Position numbers and translations under genes: made by a program. 64,000 nt of DNA from Desulfosudaceae bacterium (GTDB lineage: Bacteria > Desulfobacterota > Desulfobacteria > Desulfobacterales > Desulfosudaceae), in NCBI GenBank assembly GCA_963674745.2, contig CAXXDV010000001.1:384001-448000 (forward strand). Reading direction: 5' to 3'. Below are positions 39,332 through 48,036 of the stretch, piece after piece (the first letter of the stretch is position 1; each line of letters begins with the position of its first letter). Below the pieces are notes generated by a model that made no database searches, was not told the DNA's origin, and saw nothing but the letters and a program-made list of their open reading frames with translations.

Positions 39332-39979
39332 ATGGAATCGCAGGTCATATCAAAGAAACGGGTTGCTGATCATGGCGAAGTATTGACCGGAAACCGTGAG
39401 GTCAACGCCATGCTCGATCTGGTCAAGCAGGAAACAGAACGGATCGAATCGCGGTTTCTTGAACCGGCTTGCGGCACCGGGAATTTTCTGGCCGTGATCC
39501 TGGAAAGAAAGCTGGCGGTGGTCGAAAAGCGATACGGCAAGTCCCAACTGGACTTCGAACGTTACGCCGTCCTCGCTGTTTCATCCATCTACGGCGTTGA
39601 TATTCAGAAAGATAATGTCGAGCACTGCCGGCAACGGCTCTTCGGAATATTTGACCTGGCCTATCTGCGGTTGTTCAAGCACAAGACCAACGACGATTGC
39701 CGGGAGGCGGTGCGTTTTATTCTGGAAAAAAACATCGTCTGGGGCGATGCCCTTGATTTTAAGACCAAAGACAAGCCCCGGATGCCGATTCGCTTTTCCG
39801 AGTGGTCGCCGGTAAACGGCAGCATGCTCAAACGGCGGGACTTCATGTTGTCGTTTCTGGTGGAAAAACAGCATCAAATGCTGCTGTTCAGCGACGAAGG
39901 CGACGTTGCCGACTTAAACGAGCCTGTCAGGGAATACCCCCCGGTCCACTTCCTGGAGATCGCCCATGCTCAACAATAG
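39332..39979 (+). CDS. Small SAM-binding DNA methyltransferase-like subunit (motif I present, no NPPY)
   Basis: SKKRVADHGEVLT; FLEPACGTGNFL; IYGVDI; NIVWGDAL. Confidence 0.75.
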   Translation: MESQVISKKRVADHGEVLTGNREVNAMLDLVKQETERIESRFLEPACGTGNFLAVILERKLAVVEKRYGKSQLDFERYAVLAVSSIYGVDIQKDNVEHCRQRLFGIFDLAYLRLFKHKTNDDCREAVRFILEKNIVWGDALDFKTKDKPRMPIRFSEWSPVNGSMLKRRDFMLSFLVEKQHQMLLFSDEGDVADLNEPVREYPPVHFLEIAHAQQ

Positions 39980-41510
39980 CGGCTACAATCCCGACGTGCT
40001 GTCCTGCATTGCCAACCTCTCCAGTGACGAGGTATTCACGCCGCCGCAACTGGCCAACCGGATTTTAGACCTGCTACCGGCAAAGATCTGGTCCGACCAA
40101 AAAGCCACGTTTCTGGATCCCGGCTGCAAGTCCGGCGTATTTCTGCGGGAGATCGCCAAGCGCCTGGACAAAGGACTGGAGAAAAAAATCCCCGCTCGGC
40201 AGAAACGGATCGACCACATCTTCAAAAACCAGCTTTACGGGCTTGCCATCACCGAACTGACCGCCCTGCTCTCGCGCCGGTCCGTCTATTGCTCCAAGAC
40301 AGCCAACGGCCGCTATTCCGTGTGCGACGCTTTTGACCGCCCGGAAGGCAACATCCATTTTGCGCGGGTGGAACATGCCTGGAAAAACGATCGTTGTCTA
40401 TACTGCCGAGCCGGCAAGAAGACCTACGAGCGGGGCGGTGATCTGGAAAGCCACGCCTATGCCTTTATCCATACAGAAAACCCGGAGGAACTTTTTCATA
40501 TGAAATTTGATGTCATTATCGGAAATCCCCCATACCAGTTGAGCGACGGAGGTTACGGAGAAAGCGCGCGACCGATCTACCACCTGTTCGTTGAGCAGGC
40601 AATGAAACTCAAGCCTCGCTACCTGACGATGATCATTCCCTCCCGATGGTTTGCCGGTGGCAAGGGCTTGGACGAATTCCGCCGCAAGATGCTCCATGAT
40701 CATCGCATTTCCCACCTGGTCGACTATCCCAAACTCTATGACGGATTTCCCGGCGTAAAGATCCGTGGCGGTGTCTCCTACTTCCTCTGGGAACGCGACT
40801 ACGATGGCCCCTGCTCGGTGCAAACCATGTGGGACGGCCAACCGCTCGGCCCACCTATGAAACGGCGCCTGGACACCTACGATGTTCTGGTCCGTCGGAA
40901 CGAGGCGGTCTCCATTCTGGACAAGGTCCGCGCCTACCGTGTCAAAGGAAAGCCTGAGACGACACTGGATGCGCGAGTGTCCTCAATGAAACCATTTGGC
41001 CTACGCACCTTTTTCCATGGCGCTGATTCACCTAAAGGCTTAAAAACTCCGGTGAAGTTATATGGATCACAACGTATTTCTTGGATCGACCGCTCGGACA
41101 TCCCACAAAATCCGGAATGGATTGACGAATGGAAGGTCTTGATGTCACGTGTTCAAGGTACCAGCTCTGCGGTTGAGACTATGTTTCTGAGTAAACCCAT
41201 CATTTCTGGGCCTGGAGAAGCCTGCACGGAGACTTATTTGGTCGCCGGCAGGTTTAAAAGCAAATTGAAGGCCGAACGATATGCGGCATATCTGCGGACG
41301 CGCTTTGTCCGGTTTCTTGTGTCGTTGCGCAAGTCAACACAGGATGCCGCAAAGCATGTCTATGCATTTGTCCCAGACATTCCCCTTGACCGCGAATGGA
41401 CCGACGAAAAACTCTATAAGCGGTATGGCCTGACCAAGGATGAAATCGCATTCATCGAAAAGATCGTCCGCCCGATGCCGGCCGACAGCGACGAGGCAGG
41501 CGATGCCTAA
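39966..41510 (+). CDS. N6-adenine DNA methyltransferase, Eco57I-domain type, with C-terminal target-recognition region
   Basis: DEVFTP; FLDPGCKSGVF; FDVIIGNPPY; IPSRWFAGGKGL; C-terminal LYKRYGLT..EI.FIE. Confidence 0.88.
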   Translation: MLNNSGYNPDVLSCIANLSSDEVFTPPQLANRILDLLPAKIWSDQKATFLDPGCKSGVFLREIAKRLDKGLEKKIPARQKRIDHIFKNQLYGLAITELTALLSRRSVYCSKTANGRYSVCDAFDRPEGNIHFARVEHAWKNDRCLYCRAGKKTYERGGDLESHAYAFIHTENPEELFHMKFDVIIGNPPYQLSDGGYGESARPIYHLFVEQAMKLKPRYLTMIIPSRWFAGGKGLDEFRRKMLHDHRISHLVDYPKLYDGFPGVKIRGGVSYFLWERDYDGPCSVQTMWDGQPLGPPMKRRLDTYDVLVRRNEAVSILDKVRAYRVKGKPETTLDARVSSMKPFGLRTFFHGADSPKGLKTPVKLYGSQRISWIDRSDIPQNPEWIDEWKVLMSRVQGTSSAVETMFLSKPIISGPGEACTETYLVAGRFKSKLKAERYAAYLRTRFVRFLVSLRKSTQDAAKHVYAFVPDIPLDREWTDEKLYKRYGLTKDEIAFIEKIVRPMPADSDEAGDA

Positions 41511-41612
41511 GCCAAAAAACAAAATTCCGGCGGACAAACCGGAGGCGCTTTTCCGGTCGCATTACCGCCCGCGTCAATCTCCAACACCTATGGATAGAAC
41601 AGGAGGTCATGG

Positions 41613-41879
41613 ATGACAAACGACAAGGCCCTGGCCGTATTCGAGAACTTCAAGATCCGGCGACGTTATGACGAAAAATCGGACGTCTGGTATTTTTCCG
41701 TGGTGGACATTATCGCGGCCCTGATCCAGCAGCCGGATCACCAGACCGCACGGAAGTATTGGAATAAACTCAAAGAACGGCTCAAGAAAGAAGGCAGTCA
41801 GTCGGTGACAAATTGTCACCAACTGAAACTGCCGGCCGCCGACGGGAAGATGCGGCTGAAAGGAAGCGAAGATGAGTAA
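41613..41879 (+). pseudogene. Truncated Bro-N/antirepressor-like gene
   Basis: KIRR..WYFSVVDII..ARKYWNKLKERL..EGSQSVTNCHQLKL.A.DGKMRL, then an abrupt stop overlapping the next start. Confidence 0.7.
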
Positions 41880-44430
41880 CGCCTTCTTCCCTCCCCGGCC
41901 TGAATCGCGGCCCACGATTTACGCTTACGAGGATACCCATCCGCAGTACGCGGGTTTGCTCAAGGTCGGGTATACGACCGTGGACGCGCAGACACGCGTT
42001 GCCCAGCAGTATCCGACCCTGCGTCCCGGCGCACCACCCTACCGAATTGTCCTGGAAGAAGCCGCCATGCGCGGCGACGGTACGGTCTTCACCGATCACG
42101 ACGTTCACCGCATGCTGCGGATCAACGGCATCAAGAACCCGCAAGGCGAGTGGTTTTGCTGCACGGTCGCCCAGGTCAAGGCGGCCATCATCGCCGTGCG
42201 CACCGGTCAATTGAACGAGGAAAACCGGTCCCTGGATTTTACCATGCGGCCCGAGCAGGAAGCAGCGGTAGAGAAAACAGCCGCCTACTTCGCCGGCTGG
42301 CGCAAGGATAAGGGCAACCGGAATAAACCGCCGCATTTCTTGTGGAACTGCAAGATGCGTTTCGGCAAGACCTTTGCCGCCTACCAGTTGGCCAAAAAGA
42401 TGGGCTGGCGCAAGGTGCTGGTGCTCACCTTCAAACCGGCGGTGCAAAGCGCCTGGGAAGAGGATTTGAAATGCCACGTAAATTTTGCGGGCTGGCAGTT
42501 TATCAAGCCCGGCGGCCTAACCTATGAACAGGCGAATAAGAAACGGCCGTTTGTCTGTTTTGGTTCGTTCCAGGACTATCTGGGCCGCAACCCCGACACG
42601 GGCGGCATCAAATCAAAGAACGAATGGGTTCATACGACCCACTGGGATTGCGTTATTCTGGACGAATACCACTACGGCGCCTGGCGGGAGACCGCCCGGG
42701 AGCTGTTTGAGGCCGAGGATAAGAAAGAAGTTGCCTTTGGTGTGGGGCAAGGCCTTGAGTTCTTAAAAGAGCGGGACGATAAAATAGCGGACATCATGCC
42801 GATCACCACAAACGGTTATCTCTACCTGTCCGGCACGCCGTTTCGGGCCATTGCTTCCGGCGAATTCATCGAAGAACAGATTTTCAACTGGACTTACTCC
42901 GATGAACAGCGGGCCAAAAACGACTGGAAAGGTTCCGGCAACCCCTACGCGGCGTTGCCAAGGATGGTGTTGCTGACCTACCAGCTGCCGGACGCGATTC
43001 GGGAAATCGCCATGCAGGGTGAATTTAACGAGTTCGACCTGAATATCTTTTTTTCCGCCGAGGGGATCGGCAATAAGGCCAAATTCAAGTACGCGAGCGA
43101 GGTTCAGAAATGGCTTGACCTGATCCGGGGCGCGTTCCTGCCGACCAGCGTCGACAGCCTGAAACTCGGCGCGCGCAAGCCGCCCATGCCGTTCTCGGAT
43201 GTGCGGCTGCTGGGCGTGCTTTCCCATTCCTTCTGGTTTTTACCGAGCGTGGCGGCCTGCTACGCCATGCGCAATCTGCTGGCCAAACGGCAGAACCGGT
43301 TCTACCACGACTACGAGGTCATTGTAGCGGCCGGGAACGCCGCCGGAATCGGCGTGGCGGCCCTGGCCCCGGTCCAGGAGGCCATGGACGATCCCCTGAC
43401 CACCAAAACCATCACCCTTTCCTGCGGCAAGCTGACCACCGGCGTAACGGTCAAGCCGTGGACGGGGATTTTGATGCTGCGCAACTCATCTGTTCCGGAG
43501 ACATATTTCCAGGCGGCTTTCCGGGTACAATCGCCATGGACGGTCCGTAATCCGGGCGGCGCCTCTCCCAATTCCGAGCAGATTATCAAGGAGGAATGTT
43601 ATGTTTTTGACTTTGCGCCGGACCGGGCCTTGCGCCAGATTGCGGATTACAGTTGCCGGTTGAACGTCAATGAAGAGAACCAGGAAAAAAAGGTCGAGGA
43701 ATTTATCAGCTTCCTGCCGGTTCTGGCGTATGACGGCAGTTCCATGAAACAGATCGACGCCGCCGGGATTCTCGACATGGCCATGAGCGGCACGACGGCC
43801 ACCCTGCTGGCCCGGCGCTGGGAAAGCGCCTTGCTGGTGAATGTGGACAACGACACCCTGCATCGCCTGATGGATAACAAAAAGGCCATGGATGCCCTCA
43901 TGAGCATCGAAGGGTTCCGCACCCTGAATCAGGACATCGAGACCATCATCAACAAGTCCGAAGCCGTGAAAAAGGCCCGCAAAGAGGCCAACGACCAGGA
44001 ACTGTCCGCACAACAGAAGAAGGAACTTTCCCAGGAGGAAAAGGAGTACAAGAGCCGCAGAAAACAGATCCAGGAAAAGATCATCAAGTTCGCCACTCGC
44101 ATTCCCATCTTCATGTACCTGACCGACTTTCGCGAGCGGACCCTGAAGGACGTGATTACCCAACTGGAACCGGGCCTGTTCAAGAAGGTGACGGGCCTGA
44201 CCGTGACCGACTTCGAGCTACTGGTCAGCCTGGGGCTGTTCAACAGCGCCTTGATGAATGACGCCATTTACAAGTTCAAGCGATATGAAGACGCCAGCCT
44301 GAGTTACACCGGAATTTACAAACACGAAGGCGAGGACATCGGCCTTTACGATACGGTCATCACCCGAAATGACGCGGCCGGCATATTCGAGAACATTTCA
44401 GCCAACCCCCTCGCCCCACCAAACTCTTGA
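41872..44430 (+). CDS. GIY-YIG (T5orf172-like) nuclease fused to an SF2 helicase; putative restriction subunit
   Basis: IYAY..LLKVGYT..RV..GEWF nuclease motifs; Walker A-like KMRFGKT; DEYH; LSGTP; YFQAAFRVQ; VFDFAPDR. Confidence 0.82.
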   Translation: MSNAFFPPRPESRPTIYAYEDTHPQYAGLLKVGYTTVDAQTRVAQQYPTLRPGAPPYRIVLEEAAMRGDGTVFTDHDVHRMLRINGIKNPQGEWFCCTVAQVKAAIIAVRTGQLNEENRSLDFTMRPEQEAAVEKTAAYFAGWRKDKGNRNKPPHFLWNCKMRFGKTFAAYQLAKKMGWRKVLVLTFKPAVQSAWEEDLKCHVNFAGWQFIKPGGLTYEQANKKRPFVCFGSFQDYLGRNPDTGGIKSKNEWVHTTHWDCVILDEYHYGAWRETARELFEAEDKKEVAFGVGQGLEFLKERDDKIADIMPITTNGYLYLSGTPFRAIASGEFIEEQIFNWTYSDEQRAKNDWKGSGNPYAALPRMVLLTYQLPDAIREIAMQGEFNEFDLNIFFSAEGIGNKAKFKYASEVQKWLDLIRGAFLPTSVDSLKLGARKPPMPFSDVRLLGVLSHSFWFLPSVAACYAMRNLLAKRQNRFYHDYEVIVAAGNAAGIGVAALAPVQEAMDDPLTTKTITLSCGKLTTGVTVKPWTGILMLRNSSVPETYFQAAFRVQSPWTVRNPGGASPNSEQIIKEECYVFDFAPDRALRQIADYSCRLNVNEENQEKKVEEFISFLPVLAYDGSSMKQIDAAGILDMAMSGTTATLLARRWESALLVNVDNDTLHRLMDNKKAMDALMSIEGFRTLNQDIETIINKSEAVKKARKEANDQELSAQQKKELSQEEKEYKSRRKQIQEKIIKFATRIPIFMYLTDFRERTLKDVITQLEPGLFKKVTGLTVTDFELLVSLGLFNSALMNDAIYKFKRYEDASLSYTGIYKHEGEDIGLYDTVITRNDAAGIFENISANPLAPPNS

Positions 44431-44455
44431 CATCATTCCCTTGGTTCACTAATCT
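44427..44455 (+). promoter_or_regulatory. Candidate promoter upstream of the cassette array
   Basis: TTGACA, 17 bp, TAATCT, overlapping the stop codon of the upstream gene. Confidence 0.4.
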
Positions 44456-44600
44456 TTTTAATATTATTTTCGCATAATATCGGGGAGGGAGTGTTTTCAT
44501 GCCGATAAATACGGCCTTATTTCCAATAGCAAGGGATTTTCGCGTTTTGGGCGGTTTTCCATGTTTGCTTCTTAATAATGGTAATAAATGAAAAATGTTC

Positions 44601-44620
44601 TACCTATTACGCTGTTGGGC
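44601..44620 (+). mobile_element. attI-like integron recombination site
   Basis: TACCTATTACGCTGTTGGGC has the same spacing as the attI1 core CCCTAAAACAAAGTTRRRY. Its GTTGGGC is the exact reverse complement of GCCCAAC at the end of the first cassette. Confidence 0.55.
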
Positions 44621-44641
44621 TGCTCATATACACATTTGGAA

Positions 44642-45343
44642 ATGAAAATGGGAAATAAGAAACCAAGGAGTTATACGCAAGAAGATCTGTTAAAACTTTA
44701 TTTGCGCCTTAATGGCTTTTTCATCACTGGTTTTATCGTACATTCACCTGATTTTGGAAAGAATCGAACCGAAATTGATGCTCTCGCCATTCGCTTACCA
44801 CATAATGCAGAACCTGAAAGAGTCTTAGAACCCTCACCTTATTTAGAACCATCCATTGACCTTGTTGATTTTTTAATATGCGAGGTGAAAAGTAAGGGAC
44901 AAAAATTACGGTTCAATGATTCTCTCTGTAACTCTCTATCAGCTATTGAAAGTGTTTTGCGTTGGGGAGGCCTTTTTTGTGAAAAAGAAGTTATAGCGTT
45001 AGCCCCTGAGGTTCAAAATATTATCCAGCAAGCTAACCCATCTAAACAAGAAATACCCATGCTTCTTGGTCCACGAAAAACCCGTATTCGAGCAATTCTT
45101 TGTTCACCGGAAAGATGGAACAAGCGAAGCAATCAACCTTGGTTTATCAACGGTCAAGAAATTTTTGGCTATCTCTGGAAATGCTTTTGTCCAGATGAGC
45201 CGCGCAGCACTTGTTCAACAGTTTATGATTTTACAGCGTGGGGCAAAAGCTATGATCAACTGGTTAGATACTTCAAAGATAGAAAGCGGAAAAATCAATC
45301 ACAAGGCACGATTAATGATCTATATAAAGATCTTGGCATATAG
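44642..45343 (+). CDS. Cassette 1: hypothetical protein with PD-(D/E)XK nuclease-like motif
   Basis: E..LYLRLNGF..EIDALAI..FLICEVKS; AT-rich; bounded by GTTGGGC and an attC. The ORF can extend to ATG 44588. Confidence 0.65.
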   Translation: MKMGNKKPRSYTQEDLLKLYLRLNGFFITGFIVHSPDFGKNRTEIDALAIRLPHNAEPERVLEPSPYLEPSIDLVDFLICEVKSKGQKLRFNDSLCNSLSAIESVLRWGGLFCEKEVIALAPEVQNIIQQANPSKQEIPMLLGPRKTRIRAILCSPERWNKRSNQPWFINGQEIFGYLWKCFCPDEPRSTCSTVYDFTAWGKSYDQLVRYFKDRKRKNQSQGTINDLYKDLGI

Positions 45344-45351
45344 TTACGGCG

Positions 45352-45413
45352 GCCCAACCTTTGCTCTCACGGCGACGGCAAAAAGACGCCGCTCGTGAAG
45401 CTGAGCGTTGGGC
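45352..45413 (+). mobile_element. attC site 1
   Basis: R'' GCCCAAC; L'' GCT(C)TCAC pairs with L' GTGAAGC leaving one extra base; GC-rich inner stem around AAAAA; R' GTTGGGC; 62 bp long, 8 bp after a stop codon. Confidence 0.85.
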
Positions 45414-45447
45414 TGATACTCTGCCCAATAACAAATGAGGAGTCATT

Positions 45448-47955
45448 GTGGTTGATTTCGAAAAATTAAGAACCAAGAAGAAAAAAATGAAGGTTATAGA
45501 ACCCTCTGAAATTTTCCGTCGTTTACCTAAGCCACTTGGAATCAATGATCTCTACACAAGTCAAGCTGAGGTGCTCCATGCTTGGTTTGAAAATCGACAA
45601 GAACGTGACACGGTCATAAAGCTGCATACTGGTGGAGGTAAAACATTGGTTGGCCTTCTTATGGCTCAATCAACATTGAATGAAACTTCAGAACCTGTTC
45701 TTTATTTATCTTCGACAGTCCAACTTGTCAACCAGACTATAGAGAAAGCTATGGCTATTGGCATAAATGCCGTTGCATACGAACGGGGGCAGCCGTTGAG
45801 CGACGATTTCGTAAACGCAAATGCAGTAATGGTCGGCACATATAAGGCTTTATTTAATGGTCGGAGCAAATTTGGTCTTCGGGGTGACCCATTACCTCAG
45901 AGAGTATCAGCAGTCATCCTTGATGATGCCCATGCTGCTTTTTCGGTTGTGCGAGAATCTTTTACACTTGATGTCAAAGCCGAGCTGGATAGGGACAGAT
46001 ATGAATGTTTAGCTGGTTTGTTCCGAAAGGCATTTAAGGAAATAGATAAAATTGGGACATTTGATGATATTCTTGCGGGTTCTGAATATTCTGTTTTGGA
46101 AGTTCCTTATTGGGATTGGCATAAACAAATTGACGCTGTCCGTGAGCAAATAAGATCGGATGCAGACAAATATTCTTTAGTTTGGCCACTTTTAAGAGAT
46201 CAATTGCACCTTTGTCATGCGCTTATAAGCCGTAGTGCTTTCACTGTTACACCGGTACTTCCCCTTGTGAATGCATTTCCAACCTTCTTTGATGCATCAC
46301 GTCGCATTTACATGTCTGCAACAATAGCAGATGATAGCGATATCGTCCGTACATTTGATGCTACACCAGAAGCAGTGCAGAAGCCACTGACTTCTCGATC
46401 GTTGGCCGGTGTAAGTGAACGTATGATTTTGATTCCTGATCTGATGCCTTTCAAATTTAACGTGCCCGATGCGATTAAAAAACTTGTAAGATGGACTTCA
46501 AAGAAAAACCTTGGGGCAATAATTCTTGTCTCATCAGGTAAAGCTGCTGAAAAATGGGTAGAGTGTGCGACTGTTGCAAAGGGCTCTACTGAAGTCGAAA
46601 AACTTGTAGCCGACCTGCAAGAAAGGACAACATCGGGACCTGCTGTATTTGCAAACCGATACGACGGTATCGATTTGCCAGGGGACTCGTGTCGGTTGCT
46701 TGTCATGAGCGGCCTGCCTGCTGGAACATCAAATTACGAACTTTTTCGAGCAGCTGCACTTTTTGGGGGTGCAACAATTACTAGGATGCTCGCCCAACGA
46801 ATTGAGCAAGGCATTGGAAGGGGAGCCCGAGGATCTGGTGATCATTGTGTAGTCCTGCTTGCTGGGGCAGATATCGCAGGCTGGATAGCAAAAGACGCAA
46901 ATTTTAAGCTTTTAACCAACGCCACAAGAGCTCAGCTTGAAATGGGTGCTGAGATCAGCAAGGAAGTGAGCGATCTTAAGGATCTTGCACAAACAATCAA
47001 ACGGAGTTTCGATCGCGATAAAGGATGGGTTGAATATCACGCAGAAACACTCGCTGAACTGGTTGAGGAAGAAGCGCCAGACCAATTGCGTTTTATACAA
47101 GCCGCTGGGGAAAGAAAAGCAATTAATTTATGGATCGACGGCTATCATGGGCAGGCAATATCGAAAATTGAGAAAACGCTGCTTAAAATAAATACTTTGG
47201 ATTTACAAATTTGCGGTTGGATGGAACAATTAGCTGGTCGTATAGCCGATCATTGGGGACACCCTGAACGGGCGGATGATTTCCAGCGACAAGCATTCGC
47301 ACATAATCGTTGCCTAATTCGCCCGAAAGTTATTCCCCCTTATCGCCCGCTATCAACGCCCGGTGCTCAAACGCAGGCAATTGTAAGTCAACTTACTGAT
47401 TATCGATTAAGACGAGGGTTTTTACAGTCTTTTGAGGAGGTTGTCGCGCGTTTACACCATTGCTCATCCGCAAATCAATTTGAACAGGCTTTGGCTGATC
47501 TTGCAATCATGATTGGGTTTTCCTCCGAGCGACATGATGTAAATGGCCAAGGGCCAGATGTATTATGGCTTTTGCCAGAAAAAATTGGATTTGTCATTGA
47601 AGCAAAAAGCCGAAAAAAGGAAAAAAAGGCACTTACTAAAGAGGAGCATGGACAACTCTTAGTCGCTGCCGAATGGTTTAATGCCAACTATAAAGGATAT
47701 GAATGTGTACGTGTGAGTGTGCATCCTAAAAATCAAGCGACCAAAGCTGCCGTTGCAGGTGCATCACACGCCTTAACCTATGAAAAATTAGCGCTCCTTG
47801 TTTCAGATTCTCGTTCTCTTCTTTCTGCTCTTTGCGAGTCCCAACTTCCGGCAGAGAATCTCGTGGCAGAGTGTCAAAGACTTTTATCATGTTCATCAAT
47901 AAAATCAGGAAAAATTATAGAGAATTATTTACTTCCTTTTAAAGAAACTGAATGA
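45448..47955 (+). CDS. Cassette 2: SF2 (DinG-like) helicase with C-terminal PD-(D/E)XK nuclease, Hna-like architecture
   Basis: LHTGGGKT; DDAH; MSAT; RYDGIDLPG; QGIGRGAR; C-terminal GPDVLW..VIEAKS. Confidence 0.78.
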   Translation: MVDFEKLRTKKKKMKVIEPSEIFRRLPKPLGINDLYTSQAEVLHAWFENRQERDTVIKLHTGGGKTLVGLLMAQSTLNETSEPVLYLSSTVQLVNQTIEKAMAIGINAVAYERGQPLSDDFVNANAVMVGTYKALFNGRSKFGLRGDPLPQRVSAVILDDAHAAFSVVRESFTLDVKAELDRDRYECLAGLFRKAFKEIDKIGTFDDILAGSEYSVLEVPYWDWHKQIDAVREQIRSDADKYSLVWPLLRDQLHLCHALISRSAFTVTPVLPLVNAFPTFFDASRRIYMSATIADDSDIVRTFDATPEAVQKPLTSRSLAGVSERMILIPDLMPFKFNVPDAIKKLVRWTSKKNLGAIILVSSGKAAEKWVECATVAKGSTEVEKLVADLQERTTSGPAVFANRYDGIDLPGDSCRLLVMSGLPAGTSNYELFRAAALFGGATITRMLAQRIEQGIGRGARGSGDHCVVLLAGADIAGWIAKDANFKLLTNATRAQLEMGAEISKEVSDLKDLAQTIKRSFDRDKGWVEYHAETLAELVEEEAPDQLRFIQAAGERKAINLWIDGYHGQAISKIEKTLLKINTLDLQICGWMEQLAGRIADHWGHPERADDFQRQAFAHNRCLIRPKVIPPYRPLSTPGAQTQAIVSQLTDYRLRRGFLQSFEEVVARLHHCSSANQFEQALADLAIMIGFSSERHDVNGQGPDVLWLLPEKIGFVIEAKSRKKEKKALTKEEHGQLLVAAEWFNANYKGYECVRVSVHPKNQATKAAVAGASHALTYEKLALLVSDSRSLLSALCESQLPAENLVAECQRLLSCSSIKSGKIIENYLLPFKETE

Positions 47956-47961
47956 ATGAGA

Positions 47962-48021
47962 ACTCAACAATTTGCTGCAAGGGATCGCAAAAAGCCGCTC
48001 CCCGTGAGCAACACGTCCGGC
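47962..48021 (+). mobile_element. attC site 2 (R' degenerate)
   Basis: R'' ACTCAAC; L'' TTGCT(G)CA pairs with L' TGAGCAA leaving an extra G; inner stem around AAAAA; R' GTCCGGC; 60 bp long, 6 bp after a stop codon. Confidence 0.75.
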
Positions 48022-48036
48022 ATAAAGGAGTAGTTC

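Noticed and set aside
44431..44600. Remnant of intI upstream of the attI-like site
   Set aside because: No integrase-like reading frame or tyrosine-recombinase motif was seen in this short interval.
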